Below are positions 35,538-49,940 of a stretch of DNA of 64,000 nt, one piece after another. This DNA is from Haplodiscus bocki (lineage: Eukaryota). A model generated the notes under the pieces. The model worked only from the letters and a program-made list of their open reading frames with translations. It made no database searches and had not been told where the DNA came from. Position 1 is the first letter of the stretch. Each line of letters opens with the position of its first letter. The stretch spans positions 45,818,001 to 45,882,000 of the forward strand of contig OZ296653.1 in assembly GCA_965655095.1 (NCBI GenBank), written 5' to 3'. A program made the translations under genes and the position numbers.

Positions 35538-38500
35538 CAGTTTTTTATTCTTTAATGCAATCTCTCCCTCTTAAAATGTTCAGTTGCAGTATCTAACCAC
35601 TTTTACATACAAACAATTTGATACAACATACAATTCTTATCAAACACCGTTATTCAATTTCATTGCAAAAAACGTTTCAAAAAAACAACTTCCCCATGAA
35701 CTATATTTACACAAAAAACAATATAATAGAATATACTCTTACATTACGATCCTTACCAGACTTCAATCGATAATTTTTCATTTAAAACCGATATTGTTTG
35801 CCCTTCCACCTCCCACAAATCCAGAAAGCTTAGCCAGCCAGAAGTCTGAGAAACCCCCCATAACACTCCGCAATCGTTGTCAAGAAAAGGAATGCAAAAC
35901 ATTCTACTAAAGAGCCCAGTAACTCTTTTTCCTAAAAATGCAAAGCATTCATTTAATTTCTGTTTATATTCGATTGAAAAAAAAACTATTTCAACTGTAA
36001 AACACGTGCCTTAAAAAAGACCAATCCCAAAAGGAAAATGTAAAAATGTAATCGAAACAAACGCTTAAAGCAGCTGGCCACACATCCAAGAGATAAGTAC
36101 AATTGAACTTTTGTCATGGGTTGAACAGCAAAATCGCGGTCGGTAAATTGCTGATAGGAGTGGGGTTGCTCAAGTTACTTTAAAAGTAAAGCCAGTTTTT
36201 AGCGTGATGTAGTTTTCGTTTTTTCAAACTGCCTCAAAGCTTTTTTCACCGGGACTTGCCCTGCGATAACCCTAGATGTGCTCCCTAGCAACAATCATTG
36301 TAGACAGCAGATAGGGCCCGTGAGTTAGAAAAATTTACTGAGCGTACGCTAACAAGCAACTTTTGTTGGTAAACCCGTCACAAAAAGTTCAGTCTATCTC
36401 ACTAAACTCAAATAAACACTTAGAAAAAAAACGTTTAACTGTAGAAGAATCACCAAAGTTTTGTCTTTTTTGGGTCATCCCCAGTCCGTCAAAGGCCTTT
36501 TCAGACCCCTTGAACAGTCAAATACTTTGTATCTAACTTCTCTTTAATCCGGCTCGTTGTTCCATAAGCCCACTATCCAACTAACCCTTATATTTTGAAC
36601 CGTACCCCACCAAGCAAACCACCTCCGCAGTACTCACAAACTGAAGGTTAGGCCTACGTTTGGATGAATATTTAGCGTTGAGTTTCAAGTTTTTCATTTT
36701 GGCATTGTTTTTTTGATAGTTTTGCGCTAGGTTTTCCTTTTTACACATCTCAACAAATTCTATTAAATTTGCTCAACAACAACTTTCGGAAACTAAGAAT
36801 GTCGCATTGGGCAAAAACAGCTTTAGTTCTGATTGTTTTGTGGGAAAAGAATAGTCTAGGTCGCATTTGATTTTCAAATCGGATTACAAGCCAACAACCG
36901 ACGGTGAGTAGATATTTTTGAAAGATCCTCATTGAAGATCTGCCAAATTGAAGGTTTTAAGTTAACTGAGAACTTCAACTTTTCCTACAACAGGCACTTG
37001 CCTTCACGTCTGCCCAATCGTTCGGTTGTATGGGAGCATTGACCCTAAACGTTCCACCATAACCAAACGCGCCAAATACGCTATTGAATATCTCTCTCTA
37101 CCTTGCGTCAGATAGGTCAGTAACAAATTCCTGAAGAAAATCAAGTCCAAGAAACGACTTCACTCACCCCAAAACAATATAAACCTCCTGTTACATCGAA
37201 TTTCTGAGGATATCCATTACAACTGTTAATCAAGTGACATACAGATTCTACCCGATTACATTTTTCCAGTTTTAAGTTGTACGTCTACGACCGTCCTCCG
37301 TTCGGCATTTTTTTCACAAAATTGGGCGTTTTTTGTTTAGTTAACCACAAAGAACTTCTTGCAAAACTTCTCATAGCGTTCGGTACACCTGGTGTTTCAG
37401 TAACAATTCATCTGACATTCTCCAAGCATCCTTAACTGCATCAGACGCTTTGAGTAGCGGTTGTAGAACACTCTTCGTCACGTCAGCGAGGAGACGACGA
37501 CCATTACGTTTTTGGAAAACGCCGGGCAACAGCTGATACATAAACAAAGGTATTTGGAGCGGATCCGATGACTTTATCAAAGTTCAGGCGTACAATTTTC
37601 AAAACGTCCCCCAGAATGACCTTTATCGTGAAATTATTCCTGTTGCGCCGAACTGGAACAGTTTTTTTGGCGTTTCAGTGAGTACCAGCACTTTCGAATC
37701 GACAATTATGTCAACCAGCACGTTTTTTGCGAACTGGTTGACTATCTTGCCATGAAAATCAGTTAATATCTTGACAACTCTATTATTCTTACAATGAAGG
37801 ATTTTTAAGTTTGAAAACATGACCTAAACTCAATCTGAAATCGAACTAGGAGCAGAGGTGGAAGAAAACATACAGTGGCAGCGCCGAAGGCCCTGAAGTT
37901 TCCATGAAGTCCACTTCGACACTTGGAGCGGCCTCCCACGGTGCCAGCAGTTATGCTGGCGGCACACCCTGAATTTTCAGCTATCTATCGGAGAGGAACT
38001 TCAATTGTTCCGTTTGTTGGCCTGCCTGGAGGACCTCTCGTCCAAGCAACTATACGTCCAGCATGTCCATGCCCGAATCTTTTAGTGGTTGCGGAGAATT
38101 CGACGATTGTCTAAAGCAATCCAACACAGCAACCATGCTGGCCAGCTGGTGTTCGGCGGAAAAAGAGCATCAACCCCAAAACTCAGCACTTCAGATGAGA
38201 GATAATGGATAAAGAGATGCATTTCTACACAATTTTGTCCCCATAGGGACAAGCTGATCAGGGCGTACACAAAGAAGCATTTCAACTGATTTAGAGAACA
38301 AATGTCGATTTTTTCAAAGCGCGTCTGAGAACGACCAAGCAGCAACCGGTACGGGAAATCGCCGATTTTCTTTGCAATGTACCAGCTTTACCACGTCGCA
38401 TTTATCTCGCCAGCCCAGACTTGATTGATCAAATTTTTCTCAGGAGCTTCGTCGAAAGTTTAGTGAGTCTAACTTTCGTTGGGAATTAAAGGAAACGAAA

Positions 38501-41500
38501 CGAGACCTGCGACAGTGGAAGAAGACTAATGCTAGCAATAGAACTTGTAACGTTCATTACACTGGAAAGAATAAACTATCACGGATCCACCAGCCAAAAC
38601 AACTTTAGTTTTAAGATTGTGACAGCGCATTCCCTCAGTCCGACAAAATTGACGACCTGGCAATGTCACTACGAACAACGTGGACAAAATTTAACGCTCA
38701 AGAGACAAAAAATGACATAAACAGGACATGAGTTGAATTCATGGTTGAAAGCAGAGATTTTAACAATTCACGGGACCACACGCAAACCAATTTTGATTCT
38801 GCAGACCAAAACTATGCTCTCAGAAGGAAAATGGAACAATTCGAATGATTAGAAATTTAAATCGATTCGTATGGAGCTTAACAGCCGAACTCAAAGCAGT
38901 CGATGGAACAATTATTAATGTAACGGATCCAAAGATCAAAGACACGATAAAAACAAACCAAGCATTCTTCCAACAAGCACGCAGAACCAGCAAACATTGG
39001 GTTTTAGAAAAAATAATTTCCAAAACGCATACACGTACAGAGTCAGCCATGTCGTTTTTGCGGACGATCCAATCACTATTCACAAAGTTTCAAGCATGCT
39101 TCAATTGCATCGGGCACTTTCGCTATCATTCCAAAGCGATTCCAAAAAGAAACCGTTAAATTGAACCAGTCTGCGCAAAGGAGTTTCAGCGCAGACACTT
39201 ACAGAAAATGACGCAGAACAAACAAAAAAATTAAGTTCTAAAAGGGATCCTCGCATTCTGTGTAATGTGTTCAAGAGTGCAATTACTTAATTGAAGCAGT
39301 GTGTGAATATGGGGCAAGCATTTTTTTCCCAAATTCAGAGATCTCTGATGTCCTGCGGAAGACAAGCTAGAGCAAACTGGGTGCGTCTTAACGTTGGCGT
39401 CAAGGAAAATGAACATGAATCTCATGTCTTAGGGAACACTGAGACTGCTAGCTTTTTGGGGATAGATTTTGAAGTTAATCAATTCGATCCGCTGTTTTCG
39501 CGGATGGAAAGGTTGCTCAATCCAACCCATTCTGTTTGGATGTATTACAAGACTTTTAACTATCACACCAACATAGTTTTTGGAATTATAGCAAACCGAA
39601 ACTACCCTCGTGCCTGCAGGCTATACCGGTATCCTCCAGCACATAATTTAAATTAGAAGAGACCAACCTGTCACCCTCAAGGCTGTCTTACAGCCCTGAA
39701 ACAAATATCCCCCCGTGAAAAGGATGTTTCTCTTCCAAATATATTGTTCAATTACACAGAAGAAATTATTGCGATTGCTTTGGAGAAAAAAGCAGACTCT
39801 GATGTGATTATATACAAAAATCTACACAAATTTTTCTGAAGTCGTAACTGAAAGCATCTTAAAAACCATTCTTTGTCCAACAAAACCTTCACGCAGTCAA
39901 CAACTCAGTAAGTATGACTTACTTTAAGAAATTGGCATAGTTAATTGATCAAGGTATTAGAAAGATTTAGACAAAAATTCAGTGACTGAGTGGAAGAAAT
40001 TCGCTGTGTCTTCTCCAAAAGTGAGTGCGATTTGTGTACAACAACGCAAAGAGGTACCGGATTAAAGTTTGTTCAGGTGTCAAAACTACGTCAATTATCC
40101 GAACCGAAAGATGCCTCTACAATACAAACAACACCCCCAAAATAAGTCACAGGGGGTCCATTCTTGGAGCAGGATCTGATCAATCCCTTTTACTCTCCAG
40201 GAAGCACCCCTGCCATGCACATGGCAAGTGGCGTCTTTTAATTGACTACCGCCAAATCAGTAAACAATCAAGGAAATCCAGCTGGCTAGAATCTTCCATA
40301 CAAGTATTTATGATACAATGGAAGTTAGTGCCTAGTTCTCAGAATTGATATGACCGCCGGAATTCATCAAGTCTCATTGGAGTTGAGAGGTCAAAACTAT
40401 ACCACCTTTAGCACACTTTTCGGATCTTTCACCTGGATCACCATGCCAGTGGGACTCACAGGCAGTCCTAAGACTTTCAGTTTAATTCAACAAAAATTAG
40501 TTGGCCTCACGTGCACGACGAGCCTATCATGCCCGGAAGATTACTTTTTTCATCGAAAAGCTCCTGAGGAACACACTTCAGGCCTTCAAGAGATTCTTCA
40601 ACGCTTCCGTGAGGGCAACTTCATAATTAACCCATCACAAGATGCTTTCTGTCAAACGAACATTTAGTTTTTAGTTCACGTGGTCAGCATGGATGGCCTG
40701 CAGCTTGACCCTAAGGAAAATGCGGCAGTGAAAAAGTTCTCCCTTCCACTGAATCAGAATTATGTATGTTCGTTCATGGGTTCAGCATCATACTACCGAC
40801 GTTATGGACCAGAATGTGTCGCAACTGCCCACCCTCTCCGCGAAGCGAGTGAAAATTCGTCCGTGTTATCGCAGAGCTCGAAATCACAAGAAAGTAACCA
40901 GTGTCGGAAGGCCCGATAGACCTCAACACTGATTCTGGCTCTCCCATCACTACAACAACCTTTAGTCTTGTAAACTTTTGGGAGTGAATCAATTCCCAAT
41001 GGTAGCTGTTCTGGCCCATATAAAAAACAGTTTCAGCGTGCTATCTGACAAGTTTTCAAAGGATTCTTTGAATCTCAGTCCAAGTTTTCAGCAACCCGTT
41101 GGGAACTCCTGGCCATTGAAAGTTTACACTACATTTCCGTCACTAATTGTTGAGACGCAAATTCACCATAGTAACGACAACCGAGTACTCCCTTGGCTAC
41201 TGAACTTCAAACATTCGAATCGGAGGTCGGCTCGTTGCTTGCAAAAACTAGCATCTTTTCATTACGGAGTTTGCCATTAACCAGAGTTGTCACTTGGACA
41301 CTTCGATGGCCGTTCGAGAACACCAACTCCCACCGTAAATTTGATCAGTGATGAGCCCTTCCGATAAGACTTTCTGACCCCAGACAAAATCAACCTGTGG
41401 GAGCATCCCAGAATCATACAGCGAAATGAGTATTATCATGCATCTACTAGCGGCCCTGAAGAATGGCCAAACCGAGAAACTCCTCATGCCAAACAACCAT

Positions 41501-44500
41501 TTTCTGAAAAGGAAAATGTCTCGACCTCAAACCAAAAAAGTCGTCGGTGATGTAATCCAATTGACCAACTCTATCGCTTACTGTGCTTTCGGTGACTTCA
41601 AACTGTAAGTTGCAATACCCAAAAACACATCGGCTACTCACCTTGTTAACCGTAATCACAGACTAGCTCACATGCGGGATCAATTGGTACCAAATGAACA
41701 GAGATATATTTGTCATTTAAAAATCCATCAAAAATTTCATGACAAAGCGTCTTGTGGCACCCTCCTGACATCACTGGAGCAATTGGGAATGCATGCCCAA
41801 AAACGAAGATGTTTCCCCAAACCAGCAAGCTTTGTATCGCGTTTTGCTTCGACAAACTTGAATGAGACAAAGTACGATTATTCAGTCACGACCCATTCAA
41901 AACTTGCTATTGCTGCCATTATTGTTTATCTTGGCCAAAAGCTTCACAACACTTCCTACCACAAGTCACAAAACAAGGCATTTCATTCGGTGCAGCTCAG
42001 AAGTCCGAGAAGCCTTGATACATAAAAGAGACTATATAAGTAAGGAACATGTGCCGGGACACAAAAACCTAAAAGGCTGGCGTCCTTTCGGCGAGAAGAT
42101 GTATACTCAATTATTAGGTCCCTACCTTCACGAAAACCCTCTTTGCCGTTAGTTTGAACCAAATAACGGCAACGGACCATACCTACTACAGATAGTCCCT
42201 CTAGCTTTAGTGTCTGAACTCATCACTTTGTTTCACAATTCTGCAGCAACTGGACATCTCGGCAAACAGAAGGCAGTTGAGAAAGTCCGTCGACGTTTCT
42301 AGTCGCGGTGATTCAAAACGGATGTGAAGCAACCTATCCGTTGTTTTGACAATTGTCAAAAACGAGCTGGACCTCCGAAGACACCCCAACATTCTCGTGT
42401 GGAAAACTAGAGATCTACCCCTTTCGCCATATTGGCCTACAATTTCCTGGATTACTTCCAATGTCCAGCGGCAACCAATACATCATGCAAACCAGGAATC
42501 TTTTCAGTAATTGGTACGAAGCAGTTCCACTGCCCGGCCAGCGTGAGGAGACCACCGCCCTAGCTTTAATCGAAAGATGGTGCTGCTGTTTTGGATGTCC
42601 CAGAGTACCCATGTAGACCAAGTCCGCATAATCGAATCAGAATTCTTCGAAGCAGCGTGATGCAACTACTAGAAGTTGACAAGGCAATAACTACTTCTTT
42701 CCGTTTGTAGTCCAATTCCATTACTGACCGCATGAAAAAAACGGTTTTGAATATGCTTCCTAAAAAACTTGATTATGATCAAACAAACTGTTTTACTTGA
42801 GTCCCTCTCGTAGGGTAAAGTGTAATCGCTCCTCGGTTCATGAGTCTACAGGATTTACATCATACTTTCTCATCTTTGGACATGAAATGTCTGCCACTTG
42901 ACATAGTGTACACCTCTACCGCAAGAAATTAGCAAACTTTCTTGAGTAATCATGCATTGAAACAACTAGAAGCGTTTCGCAAAGCTTTTGAGCTAGGGAG
43001 ACCCACGGAGTACGACTGCCCGACAGCTGCGTGGCAACTCTTTATGTAACAGCAAAAGTCCATGGACCAAAATACAATGAAGGCGATCCGCGATCCGGTG
43101 CTCCTCCATTATCCAGTTCCAAACACTGATTGTAGTCCCAAGTCATCCAGCCAAAAGCGAAGGCCCTACCGTCTCACTTGAGGTTCAATGACTTGAACAA
43201 CAATATGGAATATTTCATCACTGTTGAACACTGTGTTGTCTGGTGCGATCGACTTGAACGATACCACGGAGCCGTAGTTCCGCCATCACTATTTTTTAAG
43301 CGTGATCTATCTACCAAAGGTGCTCCAACCAAAAAACAATCTCATCAGCTCGATCACTCCCATTTTGAGTGTTTTAGCTTTCCAACAGATTTTTTTCCCT
43401 CTTTGTCACCTCCTGTTCCTGTTTTGGTCTGAAACCCATCGCCAATTCCGTACCCGAATTCATTTTCAGCGTTCCCTGCCAACAAAGCTTCTGCCAATGC
43501 CTCTGGCTCCTCCATCCTACCAAGCTACTTTCAACGCTTCCACACTCCCAGCTCATTCGCAATCTTCCTATGGTAATTCACCCATCCCTGGACGCACTCT
43601 TCTAGTAGAGAACTTCAATACGACGCCTGACCGTTGAGGTGTACAGTGTGTCGAGCTATCGCTGTAAACACAATTTGAAACAAAGTACCTTTTTTTCAGT
43701 TCAGGCAACCTCTCCGTCTCCCCAATACACAAACATTGAATTGGCTACTGAATCAAGCGAACCCTTTTAAAAGTCCATACTATCACCTGTGATTGCAAGA
43801 ACTTCGACGCAACTCCACGAACGTTTTCTTGGCGAATCCTCCCCCAACATCCACAACAGAATTACGCGACGCCACTGTGGCATACGGTAAAACTGAGACA
43901 CAAATTAAAGCCTGATTGCCCAACCACACTTTTATCCACACGGAAAGTCGGAATGTCAAAAACTGCAGTCACAAGAGGCAGCTCTAATCTTCTTCAGCGC
44001 TTTTTTATACAGCCAATGCCCAACGCCAACTGATCTTTGAAAATGGGTTCTTCAGAAAACGCAAGACGCGAAAGGCATGGACGACCAAGCTCTCGGTGGT
44101 TCATGCCCTCACTCTTATTAGTTTATGTTCTAACCAATGTTCAGTTTACCACTCATTTGAGCGACGCATTTCAATAACACCTCAAGGATGGTTCATCGTT
44201 TGCCTTCAAATACCAAGCTGTGATGCGAAAGTGAGTGTGAATTTTGTGTGTTTTCTACGTTGCCGCCGAAACACATCAAAACGGTGTGAGACGCGTATAC
44301 ATTTCTTGAGACGAGAGGCATTGGGAACTCACTGAATGAGATGAACACAACTAAACGCTGCTGGGCTGACCTAATTACAAACCTGTAAAAACAACTTGTC
44401 GACAGCTCAAAGACAAAGGTGCCCTGTTTACAAAAAAAGATTGAAGGCGCTCAGATTGAACAAGAATAGTTGAAACCAACGGCCGCTTCCTTCATGTCAA

Positions 44501-47200
44501 TTCCCATTACACATCACAGCCCTTCGAGTAACAAACGACGAGTGGGTCTCACAAGGTTTCCTTCCCCACCTACAGATAACGCTTTTGCGACCGAATACTT
44601 CCCTACAACCAATTGCCTGAACCCTAAACCAGGACCTCCTAAAACTCTGCCTGACGTCACCGACACTGCTGTAGAAGTGGATTTGACGGAGAGCGTCGCC
44701 ATGTACAAGTTCTTTCATGGAAAACTTCTCCTCCGTTGACCACATGGAGCAGGACATCCCCGAAGCACGCAGACAGGCATAGACCACTCCAGCACAACTG
44801 AGTGAAATACATGAACCGGAGGCTTCGCAAAAGTTGAGTCCCTCACAACCGAGAAAGAGCAAGTCTAGTTCAACTTACGAGACGTCAACGCCGCCCACAA
44901 AGACCTGATGCAGCACTCAATGGAGCAAATAGAGACATTCGGTTCCCTACGGAGCAAATTATCAGGCAACTGATCGACCTTCGAGCCGAACCTTCCTTCT
45001 CTCCAGGAGCTGCTCTTGACGCTCAGGGCTGACTTCGATGAAGACCTGAATTTCAATGATACCTTGTATCATTTTGCTAGTTGTTCTCCACAGGCCTAGA
45101 ACGCCATACTATGTGCAAATGTCTATCGGCTGCTTAAAAAATGGCATCTGAATCATTCCAGAACCGTGGAAGACCCCCTTGTCGAAGCGGCAGGGCCTCA
45201 ACCTCGATGTTCACATTATTCAACCAGAAACGACCACGACAGAAATTCACCAGGTGTTCGAGCATTGCGGGCCCATAGTCTTGCAACGTTTACTACAATG
45301 CCCTCAGCGTTTTGCTGGAAGTGTATTCCTCGGGGACCTAATGGAAGTCCGATTCGTCAGGGTCTTCTCGAATAACCTCAACCGCTAGTTTTTTCCACTA
45401 CGAAGATTAAGCTTCTTTGTCTCTGTTTTTTTGTGCGAGCTTCTTGGTTTGTGTTGGAACTATTTTCCGGAGCCCCCACACCGTTTTTGCTGCGTCTCGT
45501 GTGGCCTTCACCAGGCCTGTCGCGTGTTGTGTTTTCTTTTGCCACAAAAAATTTTGTTTGGTAGTGAATAAGTCCCGCTAATGCGTATCATTGGTTTCCA
45601 GTTCCTTAGCTGCAGCTGTGAATACCCTGAATGGTGGTGTCTTCGAACGCTTAGCAGCTATTCTTGGACTACACTTGGTTAGATGCTCTGTCGGATTCCC
45701 CCTTTTTGAACACTCTTTTTTTTCAACATCGAAACCTTCCGCGCATCAACAAAAACAACTCACAACTCATGATCATCTTGTGACATAACACCATTAAAAT
45801 CCACTTTACTCACACCCCTCCAACCTTTACAATCTCTTAATTTCACAAGAGCTCGTTGAAGAAACGTGCGTTCTTCCTTGGAAATCAGCATTATACTGAC
45901 AACAGAAAGACTCTCGTGCTGTTCTCGAACAACTGCAACACTTCTTCTGGGCTATTCATGCGGTCAGACAACTCTTGTCACACCGCATACTCAAGGAAGA
46001 CAATCTAGGTTGTCACAACAGTGATCACCATTTGAACAACGGTTTGGAAATCAGCTTGTACTTTCTGATTTCCAGACACGTTAATGGCCTCAAATAGTTG
46101 CCCAGCAAGTCAACCGGACTAAGTAACAGCCGCCTCAAATTTCAATTCAGTCGCCTTCAAGCCTTACTGCAGCCATCTGATCCTTAACAATCCCTTAATT
46201 CTTATTCACGCACAAGTGCCACAGCTAAAACTACGACAACAACAAAAGTTGCGGCACTATTCCGTCTTAGTCAACGTTGACAAGCCCTTCATTTACTTCT
46301 CGCCAGCCGTCTTGCCTTTTGGTGGCTCTTTTTCAATCTCTTTCTTTGGTTGTCTTCGAGGGGACATTGCTTGCTCAAGAGAGCTCTGCTTTTCAATTGC
46401 GAGGATGCAACTCTACAAAAGGGAGAATGACCTTGCGATCCTCGCCGAACTGTGGATTTAGAAAAACCACAAACCCCTGAATTACCGAGCAGTCGCCACT
46501 TTGTTAATCTTACTGAACCTACTAAAGATTGATCATTTTTTTATATAAGTGGAAGAGCGACGTACTATAATCTTTCAAGCAATCTTTAACCTAAAATGTC
46601 AGGTAGACAATGACCAACCACTTTTACATACAAACATTTTTGTACAACATACACTTTTTATCATACTCTGTTTTTTTTATATTCACTGCATAAAACAAGT
46701 TTAATAAATGTTACTTCCCCGTGCTCTAGCTTTACACACATTACAGTATAATTTAATTTATTCTTACATTACAATCTTTCACTTGATTTTTTTTCATAAC
46801 TGATCATTCAATACCGATAGCTTCTGCCTTCGACCTCCCGCAAATACAAAAATCTGAGCCACCCAAAAGTCTCAGAGACACCTCATAACACCCCACACCC
46901 GTCGTGAAAAGAAATTTCTACTGAACTACCCAGCCTCCTCTTCATGGAAATGTAAGTCTTTTAAATAATTTCTGCATTCATTTGCTTTTTAATTAAGACT
47001 ATTTTAACTGTAAAACAGTTTTGAAAGTAGAGCAGTCGCAGAAAGAAAAGTATAATCGAAATGAACCATTAAAACAACTATCCGAGATCCGAGAGAAAAA
47101 ATAAAACAGAAGTCTTGTCATGCATTTAACAGCAAAATTTGGTCGTTAAGGCTAAAAAGTGGTGAAGAATAAAGAAGTCATGTTGCTGCTTTTTTACGGG
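35538..47200 (+). mobile_element. Decayed Ty3/Gypsy LTR retrotransposon (~11.6 kb) in the largest HS2ST intron
   Basis: Direct repeats 35540-36150 and 46561-47150; CA end plus PBS-like TGGCAGCG at 37873-37883; gag knuckle CFNC..GH ~39106; RT WRLLIDYRQ, MPVGLTGSPKTF; RNaseH; integrase GNQYIM..FSNWYEAVPLP; PPT-like AAGTGGAAGAGCGA ~46547. Confidence 0.85.
40200..42950 (+). pseudogene. Gypsy pol remnant (RT-RNaseH-integrase)
   Basis: Motif remnants in RT-RH-IN order with many stops and frameshifts; YxDD degenerated to CPED. Confidence 0.85.
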
Positions 47201-47479
47201 CCAACGTTTTAACCTAAACTCAACCTTCTGGGGTTTTTGATGCTACTCTAGAGAGAAATTTAATATGGCCTAAGTTTACAAAGTATTTTCTTTTTATTTT
47301 TGTGGACTGAACTCTCAAAGTTGTTAAGGAAAATTCGACTTTTTGCTGTAATTCAACAGAAAATTGGAAAAGTTTAATTATTTTGTATACCTGGAATGCC
47401 ATTGTGTTTACCACTTTATGCAGTTTCATCACTTTTTGACTAGGTTATCTCAATTTGATATTCTAATACACGTTTGTTA

Positions 47480-47689
47480 ATATCAGAGCTGGTTCAGAGT
47501 AAGTCAGGGCTGCTCAACGCTAAAAGTGGAATGTGTCAGAGCTAAGAAAATCAGCGCTGAAAATTTTAGTTCTGAGCAGAACTGATTAAAAAAAATCAAA
47601 ACTGATCAGGTCTTAAACAGCTCTGAAAAATGTCAGATCTCTGAAACAGCGCTGTTGAGCGCTGATTATCTCTGGGACTTCAAACCGGG
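47480..47689. mobile_element. Right arm of CCCGGGTTGA-family MITE
   Basis: gcgctgattatctctgggacttcaaaccggg; CAGCGCTG subrepeats. Confidence 0.65.
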
Positions 47690-48248
47690 TCGCAAGCAGC
47701 GGCAAATAATACTGTATATTCAGTGAAAATCCTTTCACAGAGATATGCAGCTACAAAAAAGAAGCAATAAACTGCAGGGTCTCATTCGGTGAAATTTTTG
47801 TTTTGATGCTGCAAAACTGTCTTCAACTGTTTAAATCAGAACGATCTTTGCATATAATATATGTTATCATGGTATAACATATGATATCATAACACTGTAT
47901 TTTATATTGTGAGACAAACTTGAAACTAACCGTGACGGAATGAAATCATCCGGCTTTTGTATGTTTTTCTTCAAACAGTCTCAGAGAATTATTTTTAATT
48001 CACATTTCTGAAATTCAGCTGGCAACTATTCATCTGCTATTTTTTTTTCATGAAGAGTTACTGAGATTAATCTTTAATTTTTAATTTTTTCTTTTTCGCA
48101 ATCTTTAATTAGAGTTTCTCGTAAGTTTGCTTTCAAAATTTTGCACGCAAGCCATGCCACAAATTTTATTTCAAAAAGTGAAAGGAGTGCTGGACTTTTC
48201 AGTACAAATTTTTAATGTTCTTGGAAATTTTACTAATTTAATTTTTAG

Positions 48249-48460
48249 GTGTGAAGAAACTTCGGAAGACGAGGCATAAAGATAAAATCAACTCTACGAC
48301 TTTTGCGACTCTATCCAATTCGTTCGAGTATCAACTGGAGAACGACTTCTACAATTTTGTGGCAAGAAGTTTCCTGAAAACCTTAAATCGAATCCGAAAC
48401 CGAGAAACGCGGGCAAACGATTTTCCTTTCAAATTTGAAAAAATCCGATTAAATTCGTAG
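48249..48460 (+). CDS. HS2ST1: HS2ST-like terminal exon F
   Basis: VKKLRKTRHKDKINSTTFATLSNSFEYQLENDFYNFVARSF...FKFEKIRLNS*; branch-like tactaat plus tttttag acceptor; AATAAA ~48615. Confidence 0.9.
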
Positions 48461-49166
48461 TTGTAATTGAACGCAAGTTCTCCTGTTACAAAATACGATG
48501 TTGTGTAACTAACTGCCAGGCAGCAAAGTTGATAGTGAAGCCAAGCTTTATTGTTGGCATACAAGGAAACTTTGATCAGTTCGGTGATTCAAACAAAACG
48601 AGAGGTAACTCTGCATTCAAACCAACAAACTTTATTGAATTCAAATCTGTACACAGTATTTATTGGACACAGAGAATAAAAACTAAATTTGCTCCCTTTT
48701 TATTTCACTCACGAACTTCATTTGATAGTCTTGATCAAACTAGTTAGTAACTCAAAAAAAACTGAAAAACAAAAAGCAAGTTCCATTTAAGACACAAGTG
48801 AATCTCTCTTTGCGGAGAACATATAGATGTTTCACTTTTTGAACTCAGTTGGTCGCAAATTCAGGAGAATTTGATCAAACACAGATTTTTACCTCTTATG
48901 GAGGGTTTTAAACATCATATGGATTTGTCTGTTGACAAAGTTATGAGAAATGTAAAAGAATCTAAGCACATTAACCTTAGGATGTATAGAATATAATACA
49001 ATGCAAATTTCACCCATGAACAAAACAAGAACGTAAGATTAACTTCATAATAAAAAGATACGTAAATTGGAAGACGTAAAGAGAGCAAGACTCAAGCTTA
49101 AATATCGAAACAAACCTTTAGGAACTATTTTAACACTTTTAATCACAATTTAATTCAATAAGGCAA

Positions 49167-49225
49167 CAAGAGGCGCAGTCGCACTGCGATTATTTCCGTC
49201 AAAGAGTGTGAAAATGATTTTACCA
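49167..49225 (-). mobile_element. Helitron-like 3' terminus (hairpin + CTTG), inverted copy of 16870-16923
   Basis: Reverse complement ttgacggaaataatcgcagtgcgactgcgcctcttgtt; perfect 6-bp stem cgcagt/actgcg. Confidence 0.55.
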
Positions 49226-49254
49226 TTATCAGGTAAAAAATTTATCACCCCAAA

Positions 49255-49940
49255 GAAAACTTACAACGGCGCAGCCCTGTACTTGGCAAAACCCATAACA
49301 AGAACTTGATAAGAAAGCCCTGTGCTCAGAGATGGTCTTAGTAAGAATGCTCTGTGCCCAAGAATGCACTGTAGTATTATTATCCCGTGGAACAAAATTG
49401 GGACCAAAATCTCTTTTTGATTAGTTTTTGGTTTACCAGTACAGAAATGAAGCAAAAAATCACTGGTCACTTCCGAACCAACTGTTTTGCGTAGGTTGTG
49501 AACGGAAACAACGATCGTATCCAAAAGGACGAGACAAAAGGATTTTTGAAAAATTTTGTTAGTTTTGAATCTTTCATTAGGCAAATTGAATATATAGAAT
49601 TTAAAAAATTGAAAAAAAAATCATTTTCGAAACTTTCAAACATGCTTCTTTGCGATATTTCCAAAAAATATTTTATCCTCACACTTCAGATCCGGCGATA
49701 GATTTTCAACGATTCTTGGTGAAATGCAAATATTATCAGAACGTTACACATTTATGTAATGTGTACGCACGGGCTACATAGATAACTTACTTCGACCTCA
49801 AAGCTGGACCCAGGGAAAAGTTACTAAACCCGCTGGGTGTATCATGGGACCCATAGTACCGTACTAGGTCATCCCTGGTTGCCCTGTACCTTATACCTGT
49901 CTTGCTAAGAATGCTCTGCGCACCGCTGGGTAGTCAACAA
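49255..49940 (+). repeat. Dispersed ~700-bp repeat, copy 2
   Basis: Colinear similarity with the reverse complement of 13450-14150. Confidence 0.7.

Larger units (their letters stand above)
18464..48460 (+). other. HS2ST1: Gene span: heparan sulfate 2-O-sulfotransferase-like (six coding exons found; 5' exon with TM anchor not securely located)
   Basis: Six AG/GT-bounded exons join in frame (phases 1-0-2-0-2-1) into ~297 codons colinear with HS2ST. Confidence 0.9.
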
